A model generated the notes under the pieces. That model worked only from the letters and a program-made list of their open reading frames with translations. It was not told the origin of the DNA and did no database searches. A stretch of DNA of 64,000 nt from Camelus dromedarius (Eukaryota). Location of the stretch: NCBI RefSeq assembly GCF_036321535.1, contig NC_087437.1, positions 4,402,001-4,466,000 on the forward strand, written 5' to 3'. Shown here one piece after another: positions 12,813 through 26,536 of this stretch. The translations under genes were made by a program, and so were the position numbers. The first letter of the stretch is position 1. Every line of letters begins with the position of its first letter.

Positions 12813-14554
12813 CAGCCAACCCACAGAAGGGTAAGCTAAATAATGGTGTTTTTTTATTTAATTGAGGGGGATGGCTTGTTACACAGCAAAAGTTAACTGG
12901 TACAAAACATACACAATGCCTCTGCAGGTCCTATTCCCTCTAGCCAGAGGTCCTTTCCCATCCCTTCCACCCCAGCCTGGTTAACTCATATTATGTCCTC
13001 CAAATTGTAGTTCAAGTGACTGCCCTCCCTAAATCTCTCTGTGACTCATGTCCCCAGATCCTCAAGCTGAGTGATTAAATGTCCCTGTGTATCCACTCTT
13101 ACTTGACTTGACCTTCTCTCTCTCTGAACAAAGAGTCCCTCATAGTAGGGACTATGTCATCCTACTTTCCCAGGATCTAACACACATCCTCATTAAATGC
13201 TCTCCAAACAAATGTAGAAGAAAATAATGAGTCTTGAGTTTCTTTCAGCACGAGCTGTACTACTCCCTTCTTCCCTGGAAGCTTCCTCCCACCCACATGC
13301 ATCCACCTTGTTTCAGGAAAACGTGTTGGAAAAGACCAGGACTGACAGTCATTCCCAATACGCAGTTCCTTCTGCCTAAAAGCCCTGAAGCCCTCCTGGG
13401 AGGACGGAGCTAGAGCCTGAGGGTCCACTGATGTTTCAGGCTATACCCACCCACTCACAATAAGACCACCCACAAAATTCCACTGAGGAGGCAAAAGCTG
13501 GCAGTCACAGATGCACTTGGATTAGAATTGGTGAGAATAACTTAAAATGGAACTTATCAACCATAAAAGAGCCACTATTATTATCTACTTCTGGGTAAAA
13601 AGCAGAATTTGGGATTGTCAGGGCAACCCAGGACATGTAGGCGTTGTTCCCTTAGATCAGCACACACTGGAGTATTTGGCTCAGAATCAATAAAAACAAA
13701 ACTGCAGATTTGGGGGTGGAAGGGTTGTTTTGAGGAAAATAAACACTGGACACTTCACCAGTAAAAAGGGTCATAATCAGTGGCTTAAACTTTCTCAGGG
13801 ATCTGAGATCCAGGGCTGAACCATGACTGTTCAATCTTCTAAATATCCTCTGTGCTAGCCGGCCAGATATGTTTCTGCAATTAAAAAGACAGAAAATGCC
13901 TTCCTCCTCTCTTTCCATATAAAACATCTTGGCTTTGTTTTGACTTTTAAGTCTCCAGTTGAAATTCACCACAAGGAATTTCTGCAGATGTAAATCTCAT
14001 TTCTATATCAGATCTAAATTCAGAAAAAAGAAATTTCTTTTTTGCAGTGTGGTAGATTACTCTAACATTTCTAATTTGCATTCTCCCCAGAATATTTTCA
14101 GCTGGCATTATCCCTGTACCGCCAGGAGCATTTTCTTTGCCTGTTAAGGGAGAGAGTTGAAACTCTAAGGTCTTTCTGATTCAGCGTTATGATTCTAGAA
14201 TTCTAGAATTAATTAGGTTTCAGCCATTATTAGAGTATCCAGCTAATTTAAGCCAAAAAATCGAAAGACAGAGCTGAAGATAAATATAAATCCTAATTTA
14301 CTATGTGGCGCAAAATGATCTGAAAAGAGAACCTAGACTCCTATATTTCTTCTCCTCCCTAGGACAATACCCAGCTGCATACAAACAAAACAAAACAAAA
14401 ATAGGATTTTGATTCCTGAAGAATCTGAACTGCTTAATACAGGACATCCCATAATCCATGCTTATTTAAAACAAAAACAATTTTACACACACACTCCTTT
14501 CAATTGATTCCTGAATTCACCAAAGACACTGATAAGTAGTGATACCCTTTAGAC

Positions 14555-14722
14555 AGAAATAGATCAAAAAACAAATTTCTTCTGTAGAGCACAGGCAACC
14601 ATATTTGATATCTTGTAATAACCTTTAATAGAAAAGAATATGAAAAAAAATATGTATATTCATGACTGGGACATTGTGCTGTACACCAGAAATTGACACA
14701 TCGTAACTGACTATACTTCAAT

Positions 14723-14757
<35 letters not shown>
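14555..14757 (+). mobile_element. L1 3'-end fragment with (TA)n tail
   Basis: L1 3' UTR motifs and (TA)n at 14728-14756. Confidence 0.8.
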
Positions 14758-14760
<3 letters not shown>

Positions 14761-15119
14761 ATATTCTACAAAATTGGATCTGGCTTTTCGACACCAAAAC
14801 TGATGGGAAATTCAAAACCTCTGCCTTCTTGATTTTCCATCTGTGTTTCCTAACCTTTCTCTTGTTTTTCTCAGCTGGAAATTGAGTATCATAATAATTG
14901 AGTATTATAATAATAACCCCCCTATTTCACATGGGGTTGATTTAGGAATATTGGGCTTTATGAGTTTCATTATACATTATTCCATAGGACATAACTATAC
15001 ACTATACTTTGCCACATATCACGATACCATCCTGCGCTGTCCTATTGCGTACTATAACATACTACACTGTATTTCAGCCTCCTACTCCATCCAGTACTGT
15101 ACCGTACAACCCTCCTACT

Positions 15120-15490
15120 CAAAGGGTGATTTGAAGACTAGCAGAGTCAGCATCCCCTGGAAGCCTCTTAGAAATGCAGACTCACCCCCAACCCACTGAA
15201 TCGGTAACTGCAGTTTAACAAGGTCCCCGGGTGATTCAAATGCACATTCATCTGAGAGGCCCTGTTGTGCTATACACCAAAAGGCACCTAGAACAGGATT
15301 TGGCACACAGACCCTGGAACCAGACTGCCTCAAGTTCATGAACACCTCTGCTATTTACTTGGGCCAAACAACCTGATTTTGCCATGCCCTTGGTTTTCTC
15401 ATTTGTTAAGTAGTATCTACTTATTAATAGGGTTAGGTGAAGACAGAATGTTTTAACCTATGGGAGCCCTCGGAACAGGACTTGGTACAA
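15120..15490. mobile_element. MER5A-like DNA transposon relic followed by a MIR-like relic
   Basis: cagcatcccctggaag...tttaacaaggtccccgggtgattcaaatgcaca, then a MIR core-like ttttctcatttgt. Confidence 0.6.
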
Positions 15491-16186
15491 AAAAAAAAAA
15501 CACACATCTAAAGGTGAGCCCTTCTAATTACAATGTATGTGTGGCATCTTGTCCCCATGGGTAGGAGGCATCCGTGAAGACATTCAGTCTCAAGTCAGTC
15601 TCAAGTCTCGGGAAAAGAGCCAAGGGAAACCCAAACTGTTGGGAGGAGGAACCCTTGTCTCCAGATCCTGTTGTTTCAGAGAAAAGCTTGAGGAGATAAA
15701 ATGGGATTGAGGATGAAATGAGCCATATGGAAACAAAATGGCAACCAAGAAGCAAGACCCAGTACAGAGTCGCATGGAAAAGACAGCATGTTCTATTTCA
15801 TAAGAACAACTATCTGACTGATCTTATTCACTGTTTCTCTTTTCCTTTCTCTGGACCCCAATCTCCAGTAGGCCGTGTTTGCACATTCCAGTCTGGCTTC
15901 ATATCTACAAGGAATGAAGGAAGAGTTGGGAGGACTTACTAGAGGCAGAGTTTGGAGAAGGGTCAGGCCTCTGGAGTCCAGAGTGATGACAGCCACGTGA
16001 ATGATGAAAAATTTCCCAAGGGAAGGAGACCACAGCGTTCCTTCAGGGCCGTTATCTTCCCCACAGCGTGATTTTCCCTCCCTCCTCAGCTAGAAGGACC
16101 AGTTTTATTTCACTAAGAGAGCCAGCCTGGTCCCAGACACCTACCATGGGCTTATGGATTGAGTGACAAAACTCTCTGTCCCTCAC

Positions 16187-16741
16187 CTTGTGGAATGCAG
16201 ATCTTGTACAGAATCTCCTTCTCCAGGTTTTGCAGGGACTCAAATTTTTCTTCATAGTACACTTTGCCCTGGTCCTTAGTGATCTCCAAAAGCTGAGACT
16301 TTCTGGCTCCTCCTACCCCAATGGCAAAGATAATGATGTTTCTGTCCCTGAGGGCCTTGGCCGGTAGGACTACACTGTCCTGGGAGACCCCGTCGGTGAT
16401 TACAATCAAATACTGATGAACACTGGGCCTCCCTCCTCTTGAACTGTCAAAAAAAGACAGCGTGAAGTTAAGGGCTTTCCCGGTGTAGGTGCCATCATTT
16501 ATTTGCTTAACGTTCGAGATGGCCCTGTGGATGTCCGCCTTGGAGGAGTGCTGGCCGAGCCTGAATTCTTCCTGCGGGTTGGAGCTGAACTGCAGAAGGC
16601 CGATCCGAATTTCATCGGCACTGATATTAGATAGGTTCACCATTCGCCTCATGAATCCCTTCATCCTTTCAAAGTTTTTCGGGGGGATGGACTCAGAACC
16701 ATCCATCAGGAAGATGATGTCAGCTTTCCTGTTCTTACAGG
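16187..16741 (-). CDS. COL6A4: COL6A4 exon, VWA domain 6 (555 nt, phase 1-1)
   Basis: ORF 16152..16787: ADIIFLMDGSES...LIVITDGVS. Acceptor cccag|, donor G|GTGAG. Confidence 0.95.
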
Positions 16742-17104
16742 CTGGGTGGGGGAAAGGGCAGAACATTCTCTCAGAGTCTGAAACCAATTAATTACAAGCC
16801 GCCAAGAAGAGTCTAGGGTAACATATATACAACAAAAAATACATTTAAAGGGGGTGGAAAGGGAAGTCAACGAAATAAATTTTCTGTGACCCGGTACGAA
16901 CAAGTCTCAAAATAAGACACAGCTGTGTGATAAAGATATAAAATGTGACCACCTTGGATCAATCTAGGTCATGGTCACTCTGTGTCCAGTGCTCACTTTT
17001 GGACCAGTGAATCCATGCTTGGGGAATGAAGCCTATACAAATAGATTAGACATACATACTCAGAGAGACACAGAGAGAGAGAGACTGAAGAAAAATATTC
17101 TTAC

Positions 17105-17650
17105 TCTCTGAGGAGCAGATGTCCTGTACCACTTCTTGTTGGATGGCCTTCAAAGAATCAAAATCATGCACGAAAAACATTCTGTCCTCAGCCATCTCCT
17201 GAAGCTCAGCAGTGTTAGCATCCCTGACTCCAACGGCATAAATGGTGACTCTGTCTCTCCTCAATGCCTCTGCGGCCTCTGCTACGTGATCCATAGATTT
17301 TCCATCGGTGATGACGATGAGATAGCAAGGCACGTTGCTGCGAGTGGTGTCTGCAAAGACCTGAACCATGTGGCCCAAGGCCCGGCCGGTCATGGTGCCC
17401 CCTCCTTTCTGCTGCATGCCATCAATGGCAGCCTTCAGCCCTTCCCCGCTGGGATGCTGGCTGAGGATAAACTGAGTGTCGATATCGTCTGAGTACTGAA
17501 CGACTCCAAACTGTACTCTGTCAGGCCCCACGTGGAACATCTTTATCACCTCGTTCATGAACACTTTCATTTCGAGAAAATCGTCTGGGTTGATGCTGTA
17601 GGACCCGTCAATAAGGAAGTAAATATCTGCCTTCTGGATGTGCACACAGC
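17105..17650 (-). CDS. COL6A4: COL6A4 exon, VWA domain 5 (546 nt, phase 1-1)
   Basis: ORF 17046..17708: ADIYFLIDGSYS...LIVITDGKS. Acceptor cctag|, donor A|GTAAG. Confidence 0.95.
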
Positions 17651-18276
17651 CTAGGTGGTAAGAGGAAGTGGCAGCCATGAGAGCAACATTGGAGATGGCC
17701 CGTGGCAAAGCGATCGATCCCCATGCCCCCGGTTCCCTGAGCCCTCATTGCTCCCTTTCTACTAAAAGCACCTGAAACTCTCCCTAAGGATGTTCCTCGG
17801 CCAAGGGCATGATTGGCCCACACCCCAGTCAGGCCAGGAGTGAGATGGAGTAGCCACCTGCCATGACTGACAGGGCCGGTGGTTAAGTACCCCGTCTCCC
17901 TTGCTGTTTGGTGGGACCACTCTAGGGGGAACACTCGGAGTCCTCAGCAAAGCTGAGCCTGGTGCCTCCAGCCATCGCCTGCTCACTAACTCAACCTGTG
18001 CTGGCTGCCTTCCCTCCCTCTCCCCAGCCTCCACTCCCCAACAGTGTCCCCTGCACTCGCCTCCCAGATAAATCACTTGAACCTACATCCTTGTCTCGGA
18101 GTCTGTTTCTGATGAACCCCAAAGATGTGAGGAAAATACGACTTGACGTTTCTCAAATGGGGATGTTGAGAACAAGCTAAAAGTGACACATCAGAGCCTA
18201 TCTGAAGCGATGGATTGTCTCAGCATCCAATATACCTGCTTCCACTGCAAGTTATCCTTTTTAAATGCATGGGCAC

Positions 18277-18370
18277 GGGGGTGAGGGTACAACTCAGTGG
18301 TAGAGCATGTGCTTAGCAAGCACGAGGTCCTGGGTTCAATCCCCAGCACACCATTAAAAATAAATAAATA
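18277..18370 (+). mobile_element. tRNA-derived SINE (vic-1-like) head
   Basis: A box (ctcagtggtagagc) and B box (gggttcaatccc) followed by an A-rich tail. Confidence 0.88.
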
Positions 18371-18478
18371 CAAACTACTATGTACAGAATAGATAAATAA
18401 CAAGGTTCTACTGTATAACACAGGGAATAATATTCAGTGGCTTATAGTAACCTGTAATGGAAAAGAATATGAACAAGA

Positions 18479-18483
<5 letters not shown>

Positions 18484-18572
<89 letters not shown>
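18484..18572. repeat. (TA)n(TG)n microsatellite inside an L1 3' fragment (~18371-18645)
   Basis: Seen directly. Confidence 0.95.
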
Positions 18573-18575
<3 letters not shown>

Positions 18576-18647
18576 TGAATCACTATACTATACACCAGAA
18601 ACTAATACAACATTGTAAATCAAAAAATAATAATAAATTTTTTTGAA

Positions 18648-21058
18648 GGAGAGAGAAGCAAGACAGTGGAGTAGAACAAAGGGGGAGCCTCTGAGGCTTA
18701 GATCTGGCCTGAGCACCCCTTGACCAACAGAACTAAGTTAAACGGGCACAAAGGGTCCCCGTGACACCCAGCCCAAGATGCGAGCCAACAGCTGGGGCTG
18801 GGACAGGCCACCCGAGCTGGGTAGAGGACAGAGGCAGCTGCACTGACACAGCCCGGGGGGACTTCAGGGGGCTGCACGCCATGGCTGGGAGGGGGCATGG
18901 AGCAGAACAACCTCCGTCCCCCATAAATTGTGAAAAAAGCAAAGCAACAAGGCTGGTGTGCCCTGGGGGGAGGGGCACCATAGCCTTCGTCTCCTCAGAC
19001 CCAAGGCGCCATTACTGGCGTTTCTTGCGAGAAGAGAGGCGGGGCGCAACCACAGCCGCCATCTCCTCCTGTGTGCAGTGCCTGGGCGGGGGTGAGGCCG
19101 AGACCTGACTCCACACCCGGGGGCTCTGCAACCTCCTGGGCAGGACTGAGACTTGTTTACAGCCTGAGACACATAGGAGCTTTCCGCCCTGACACCTCAG
19201 AGAACTCGCGCTACCAAGACAAACAAGGAGCTGAGATCTGGCATGGAGCAGGGGTGGGGCTGTTCCCCGGTCTTCCCTGCACACCTATGGAGTGCCAACC
19301 CGAGGCGGAGCAGGCAGCTGCACAGAGCAGTGGAGCGACTGGTGCCAGGAGAGGGTGGATGGCCACCTGCCTTCCTGGCAGGAATGCAGCACCTGACCAC
19401 GGTACTGGGAGGGGGCGCAATCTGCCCACCTGCCTCCCCAGAGTGCAGCATCTGACTGTGGCATCAGGAGGGGGAGTGACCTGCCTGCCCACCAAGTAAG
19501 AGCTCAGCACCAGACCCAGTGTTGGGAGGGGGTGCAATCTGCTAGCCAACAGCCACTGGGAGCAGCACAGACAAGTGTGCCAGCAGAGGGCCTCTGGAAA
19601 CAGCAAGCTGAGTTCATGAAACAGGATGAAGACACAAAGACCTCTCGATAAAATCATTAAGAGCACACTGTCTCCAGCTACAGATAAACATATAAAAACT
19701 ATTGAAAATAGCATAAGGGACCTATGGGATAATATAAAGCATGCCAATCTTCGCATAATAGGGGTTCCAGAAGGGGAAGAAAGAACAAAGGGGATTGAAA
19801 AGGCATTGGAAGAAATCATAACTGAAAACTTCCCAAACCTAAAGAAGGAATCAGATATCCTAGTACAGGAGGCTCAGAGGGTTCCAAACAGGAAGAACCC
19901 AAACAGACCCACACCAAGACATATCATAATCAAGATGGCCAGAGTCAAGGATAAAGAAATGATCCTAAAGGCAGCAAGAGAAAAACAGAGTGGGTTACAA
20001 GGGAACCCCCAAAAGGCTCTCAGCTGATTTCTCTACACAAACACTACAGGCCAGAAGGGAGTGGCAAGATACATTCAAAGTCCTGAATGAAAAAAAGATG
20101 CAGCCTAGGATACTCTATCCAGCAAGGCTATCCTTTAGGATAGAAGGAGACATAAAGAATTTCACAGACAAGAAAAAACTACAAGAATTTAGCAACACTA
20201 AACCCATGCTAAAAGAAATATTGACAGGTCTACTCTAAATAGAAAAGAAGCAGGATGCTACAGAAATGAGAGACTCATAACTGGAAAGGTGATAACTACC
20301 ATGAATTACAAATAAAATAAACACAAAATTGAAAAGAAAACATCTAAATCATTAAAAGTGGGAGAGGGAAGCAATGAAAGCCACTGTGGAAAACAGTATG
20401 GAGATTCCTCAAAAGGCTAGGAATAGACTTACCACGTGACCCAGGAATCCCTGGACATATATCCAGAAGGAACCCTGCTTCAAAAAGACACCTGCACCCC
20501 AGTGTTCATAGCAGCACTATTTACAATAGCCAAGACATGGAAACAGCCTAAATGTCCATCGACAGATGACTGGATAAAGAAGAAGTGGTATATTTATACA
20601 ATGGAATACTATTCAGCCATATAAATGACAACATAACGCCATTTGCAGCAACGTGGATGTTCCTGGAGAATGTCATTCTAAGTGAAGTAAGCCAGAAAGA
20701 GAAAGAAAAATACCATATGAAATCACTCATATGTGGAATCTAAAAAAAAACAAAAAACATAAATTCAAAACAGAAACAGACTCATAGACACAGAATACAA
20801 ACTTGTGGTTGCCAAGGGGGCAGTGGGTGGGAAGGGACAGACTGGGATTTTAAAATGTAGACTAGATGAACAAGATTATACTGTATAGCACAGGGAAATA
20901 TATACAAGATCTTGTGGTAGCTCATAGTGAAAAAAAACATGACAATGAATATATGTATATTCACGTATAACTGAAATATTGTGCTCTACACTGGAATTTG
21001 ACACAACATTGTAAAATGACTATTACTCAATTAAAAAGTGTTTAAAATTTAAAAAAAG
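18648..21058 (+). mobile_element. Internally deleted L1 keeping 5' UTR, ORF1 C-terminal part, ORF2 end and 3' UTR
   Basis: Aligns piecewise to the full-length L1 at 51.4-58.5 kb. ORF1 peptides at 19626..20027 and 19990..20238, ORF2 end at 20436..20624. Confidence 0.9.
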
Positions 21059-22751
21059 AATAATTTTTTTTAAAAAATCATTACCAAAACTAAATAAATA
21101 AACTTAATTACCTTCCCTCCAGAAGCTAATACAACATTGTAAATTAAAAAATAAAAATAACATTTTTTGAAAATCATCCCCTTAAAAAAATAAATAGATC
21201 TAACTATCTTCCCCTCTTCAAAAACAAACAAACAAACAAACAAAAATTCACAGTTAAGATCACCCAGTGTTTTACTTTTGTCATGTAGCAGATTTCTCAG
21301 AAAGAACAGCATAATTTTGCCCTCAATCCCTTCAGCCTTATGTTATTAATCTCTGGATTCCTTGACCCAGGGACGCCTTTTCACGGCTCCTGACCAGAAG
21401 GGCAGTGGTCTCCCTTGTTCAGGCTACCACTTGGGAGGACTTGGTCCATGCAACACATGAAACATCCTACACTAGATAAAATATCTGTTGTTTATCTGAA
21501 TGAAATTCAAATTTCACTGGCCATCTTGTATTTATCTGCCAACCCCACCCTAGAGGGGCAGGCATCGGAACAGAGTGCGGCTTGGAAGTGTTTGCTGAAT
21601 CCTTGGAGAATGGAGGGGGAATTTTGAAAAGAGAAGGCAGGAACCGGACCTTTGATGGAAACAGCACCCACTGGCAACAGGTCGTGGCTGGTCTGAGTCC
21701 AAGTAAAAGACCACTGCGCAGGAAGCCGTATCTCTGCGGCCAGCCCTTTCCTGTGCAGTGGTCCTTTCTCCTTAGCAGTGGCCCAAAGAGGCTCCCCTAC
21801 CGCCCAGGGCTTCTCATCGTCCACAGGATGGGTCAAAAGCCCAAGTACCGCCTGGTGCGACACATTCTCGCCAAGCTTGGCAGAGGGACATTTTGGAGGA
21901 GAGACGATTTTTGACAGTGATGCTAATATGCACGCCTATCACATAAACCAAGTGCTTAGAAGAGGGTCTGACACACAGCAGGTGACCAATAAATGGCAGA
22001 TATTATGATCGTTACGATCACCCAGGACAGAATTCTGGTGACATTGTCCCAACTTCTCCTTACCTCTAAGCTGCCCCTACATCGAACTACTCCAGACTTT
22101 GGGCAGATTTTCCTCATTACAGGTTTCTTTTTAGCTGCTATGCAGTCTGGGAAAGAAATCAACTCTCAACTCTTTTCACTGTTTGACAATCAGAAGGAGA
22201 GAATGTAAGCAGGGAGTTCACAAGCCAGTGAAATTCATAGTTAATGATTTTGTTCCTTATTCCCAAGATAAAGAAAGGGACTAAAAATCTGGGCCAAAGA
22301 GGAAGACAGGGATTTATTTAGATATTTTAAATTGCTAGACCTCAACACAAGTCATCAGGAAATTACAAAATCATTTAGTGGGGTTTTTTTTAAATAAGTA
22401 AATAAATTAAAGCTCACTGATTCTCCCCTGAGGATACAGTTACAGCTCTGAATTTTTAAGTTAATTATATACATTTCAAGTTGCCACCTTCTTTCTATAA
22501 TTCTAAGTTGAATCTAAGACATACTAGCACGGATGGACAAAAACAGACAGACAAGTAGATAGACAGACACAAAGATATTCATAACAGCCCATAAGTGGCA
22601 AATCATTATAATTACACAACAAAGCAAATATTGTGAAAATCTATAGGATATGAGTGTGAATAAAAGGGGTTTATGACATCTATGAAAACCAAGTTAACTA
22701 CTTAGAAAAGACCCAGTAGAGGCAAGTTGCTTTAAAAGAAATTGTTGATAA

Positions 22752-22982
22752 TGTTAGCCACCATATACAAAAATAGATTTAAAAGAGAGTTTCTTCTGTA
22801 GGGCACAAAGAACTATGTTCAATATCTTGTAATAACCTTTAATGAAAAAGAATATGAAAAAGGAATATACGTATGTATACGCATGACTGGGATATGGTGC
22901 TGTACACCAGAAATTGACACATTGTAACTGACGGTACTTCAATTTAAAAAAATAATTTTAAAAATGTTTTAATTAAAAAAAA
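22752..22982 (+). mobile_element. L1 3'-end fragment
   Basis: L1 3' UTR motifs, A tail, imperfect flanking duplication aaaagaa-ttg. Confidence 0.8.
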
Positions 22983-23644
22983 GAAGTTGGTGGTGTACTG
23001 GAGAGCACTGCAAAGGATTGCATTTTTGAGATCATAAAAGTCAATAAGGATGTCTGTACATAGATGGTTTCAACGGTGGTGAAGTTCTCTTCCCACATTA
23101 ATGAAACTGAACCTGGAAATGATAGAAAATACACTATTGGATGATTCATGAGGCAAATACACAGAACTCCAATCAGCGGGGCTCCTAGTCAAAGAAGCCT
23201 TGGCCCTGCACAAAAGATTGGCAAATTGATGTTCATTTACTATATTTGAAGTTAGATGTTTTAATTTCAAGAATGTTTGTATCTTTCTCTTTTGAAATAA
23301 TCTGCCACTTTATATGACTTAAGGTCTGGTCAATCTACAGATTCTACAGATTCTACTGTAGATCCCTACAGCTTCTACTGTAAAAATCCATATTTTTTCA
23401 TCAAATTGTTTGTTAAAAGGAATGAGGGGTAAGACAGGAATTCGGGGCCGTGTTCACTTTTTACTTCACATTCTCCACTGTGTAGAGTCAAGACAAAATA
23501 AAGGTTTCATAAGTTTTGTTTCTGTTTTTCAATGAATTGACTCCAAAATCTTTTCTTGGGTGGGAGGTAGAGCAGGTGTGGGTAAGGAGCAAACAGAATA
23601 AACATTTTTTTTAAAAAGATCAAATTTGGGAAAGGTCCTCCTAC

Positions 23645-24274
23645 CTTCTTGTAGCTCAGAGCCCATCCCAGAAATGGAAGCCCTGGTGCCTACAATCTCA
23701 GGGCAGAGCTGGTTCTTAATCTTGCTTCCCACAACGGTGAGTTGCAAAAAAGATTCGAGAGAGATGACATACTTCCAAGGAGGATGGGACGCTATCTTCT
23801 CCAGATCTGAGTTCTCTGAGGCAATCTGGGTACCCACTGTGTAGATGGTAACCCCTGCCCTGCGGAGGAGAGAAGCGGGCCTGGACACTCTGTCTTGGGA
23901 GGAGCTTTCCGTGATGACCACGGCTACCTGCTGTACACCTTGCAAGGACCGGCTGCCCTTCTCCTGAATGAAAACCTCATTCCTCAGGAAATCCAAAGCA
24001 GCACCGGTCTTGGTCCTTCCCCTTCTCCCCCTGTAGGTTAATTTGTCCAGATGCTCCAAGATCTTGGCTGGATCCTGAAATGTATCCAGTGAAAACTCAA
24101 GCTGTGGTTCCTCGCTGTAGAAGACCAAGCCAATTCTCACAACCTCTGGATGAAATCTTAGAGAGCGGATGGTGGTCTTTAAGAAACTGACAACTTGTTG
24201 GAAATTCAAGTGCCTGTGCCTGGGAAATTCCTCAATGAGGAATACCAAGTCAGCCGGGACTGCAGTCGGACACG
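23645..24274 (-). CDS. COL6A4: COL6A4 exon, VWA domain 4 (630 nt, phase 1-1)
   Basis: ORF 23529..24332: ADLVFLIEE...RIGLVFYS...TKTGAALDFL. Acceptor tttatag|, donor G|GTAGG. Confidence 0.93.
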
Positions 24275-25250
24275 CTATAAACAAACGAACAGAAAGGGCG
24301 TTAGCATGAGGACAGAATAATAAAGACAGCATTCATTTTGTATACAAAAGCTGTATTATTCTCTGTTTCTATATACTGTAATAATAAACTTAGCATTGTA
24401 AATTGCAATCATGTATCTTATACTAACATATTAATGCACGTTAGAATTTAGTGGAAGCCTTTATAAAGACCATCATTTTGCAGGACAGTCAAAGAACATC
24501 CCGGGGTTCAAAATTTTTCACATGGAAGTGTGCTCACATCACTTGCAAAATACATAAATATGTGAATATCCACAAGAAAGCACTTTAAGGTCATTTTCAA
24601 TTCATTTAAGTCCACTAGAAGCATCTGAGTCTTGCTTGACTAGTTTTTTCTTTATTTTGGGGGTTTCAGGAAACCCTGGGTCAAATTCTCTTTTATAAGG
24701 CCTGAGAAGTTTTTGATTTAATCATTGTTCCTCTTTTGGTGAAAGATGGAGATAATCAATGGTGACTATTAATTTATGCACCATTCTCTGATAAATTTCA
24801 GGTCATTTTAACAGAGGTAACATGAAATCTTGCAGGTTTCTGTGAAAAATCTTGGTCCAAAAATTGAAGTAACTGGCTGTTTCATTTTGCTATGAAAGAA
24901 CCATCCTTTTAGCCTGCCCCAAATTGGGTAATGGGGTTCTGACTGCATCAACTCCCTTCTAAGAGAAGTCCAGAGCCCTCCCTCCCAATGTAAGGCAGGG
25001 CCTAATGTAGGGAAACCCACTGTGTCCGCATACCCATAAGGTCCAAACCTATCTACCGTATGAAAACAGAAATCTCCTTAGCAGAGAGTCAAAACCGCGT
25101 GCAGAAGGCTGAAACCAGTGCGTAGACAACTAAGTATCGTGAAACAAAATTTAGAGAAGAGAATACAGGAAGGCCAGAATAACCCCTGGACCTATCTTGA
25201 TGTCCTGAAATTTTCCCTTTGGTCCTCTCTTTTTTAATAAAGAATCAAAA

Positions 25251-25670
25251 ATTGGATGGACCTAGAGATGATCATACTAAGTGAAGTAAGTCAGACAGAG
25301 AAAGACAAATATCACACGGTATCACTTATACGTGGAACCTAAAAAAATTACACAAGTGAACTTATTTACAAAACTGAAAGAGACTCACAGACATAGACAA
25401 CAAACTCATGGTGACCAAAGGGGAAAGGAGGGGGAGGGATAAATTAGGAGTTTGGGATTTGCAGATACAAACTACTATACATAAAATAGATAAACAACAA
25501 GGACCTCCTATATAGCACAGGGAACTACATTCAATATCTTGTAATAACCTGTGTTGAAAAAGGATCTGAGTGTGTATGTGTGTGTGTGTGTATAACTGAA
25601 TTACTTTGCTGTACACCAGAAACTAACACAAAATTGTAAATCAACTATAATTCAATTTTTAAAATTTTAA
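25251..25670 (+). mobile_element. L1 3'-end fragment
   Basis: L1 3' motifs with target duplication aaagaatcaaa on both sides. Confidence 0.85.
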
Positions 25671-26536
25671 AAAGAATCAAAGATCAATCCTAGATTTAAA
25701 AAGAGGGTATTGCCCTTGATTTTTATGTCTGAAACACCTTCTCCAGAAACTGCAAGCACCTTTGACTTCTCCCTTCCTTCACCTGCTGGTGCCAGGCACT
25801 ATTATTCTCCTGTGAAGAGGTCTCCAGGACTTACCCTGTTTCCTCATGATCAGAGCCACCACTCCCTAGACCCAGGCACCCTCCCTGTGGACAGATGACA
25901 GCTCAGCCTTGAAGTCCTTCTGAGCCATGTAGAATCCACCCTGCCCACTGAAGCCTTCCTTTAAGCCCACTTTGGTCATGATTTTTCTTGCTTAAAAACC
26001 TACGGTGACTTTCCAGTGCCTTTGGAACCCCATAATCAGGGTTCATCCTACATAATCCAATCTCATCCCTCACTATTTCTAAACCCTCCCCCCACGCCCA
26101 ATTGGCTCCATTTTTTTCACTTTCCTCCACACCCATCCAGCCCACCCCTACTTGCACCCCCTTACCCTGCTCTTCTCCTTACCACGAGGCTCCTCCTTTC
26201 TCCCTGTATATTAAATACGTTTAAAAGCTCACCCATTGTTGAGGGACCAACACAAATACTCCCAGGTCAGGTTCTCTGCTGCACCCTCCTTTTGCTCTAT
26301 TTCTACTTAAAGTAATGCTCGTAAGTGCTTCTTAGTGCCTTATTATCTCTCTGGATTTTCCTCTTCTTGTCTCACTGTGTTTGTCTTTTCTGCCTAAAAA
26401 ATGCCAAGGACCCTGGAGCTCTGGATGTTGAGACTCTGGGCAGAGCAATGACAGTTCAGACAAAGGAGGAAGCGGTCACTTCTAGTTGTGGGGCTGCTCT
26501 GTCAAGAAGGCAATTTAAGAACTGAAGGATAAAGGG

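Noticed and set aside
21582..21914. 110-aa ORF in a GC-richer intronic patch
   Set aside because: No recognisable homology, splice signals or processed-pseudogene hallmarks.
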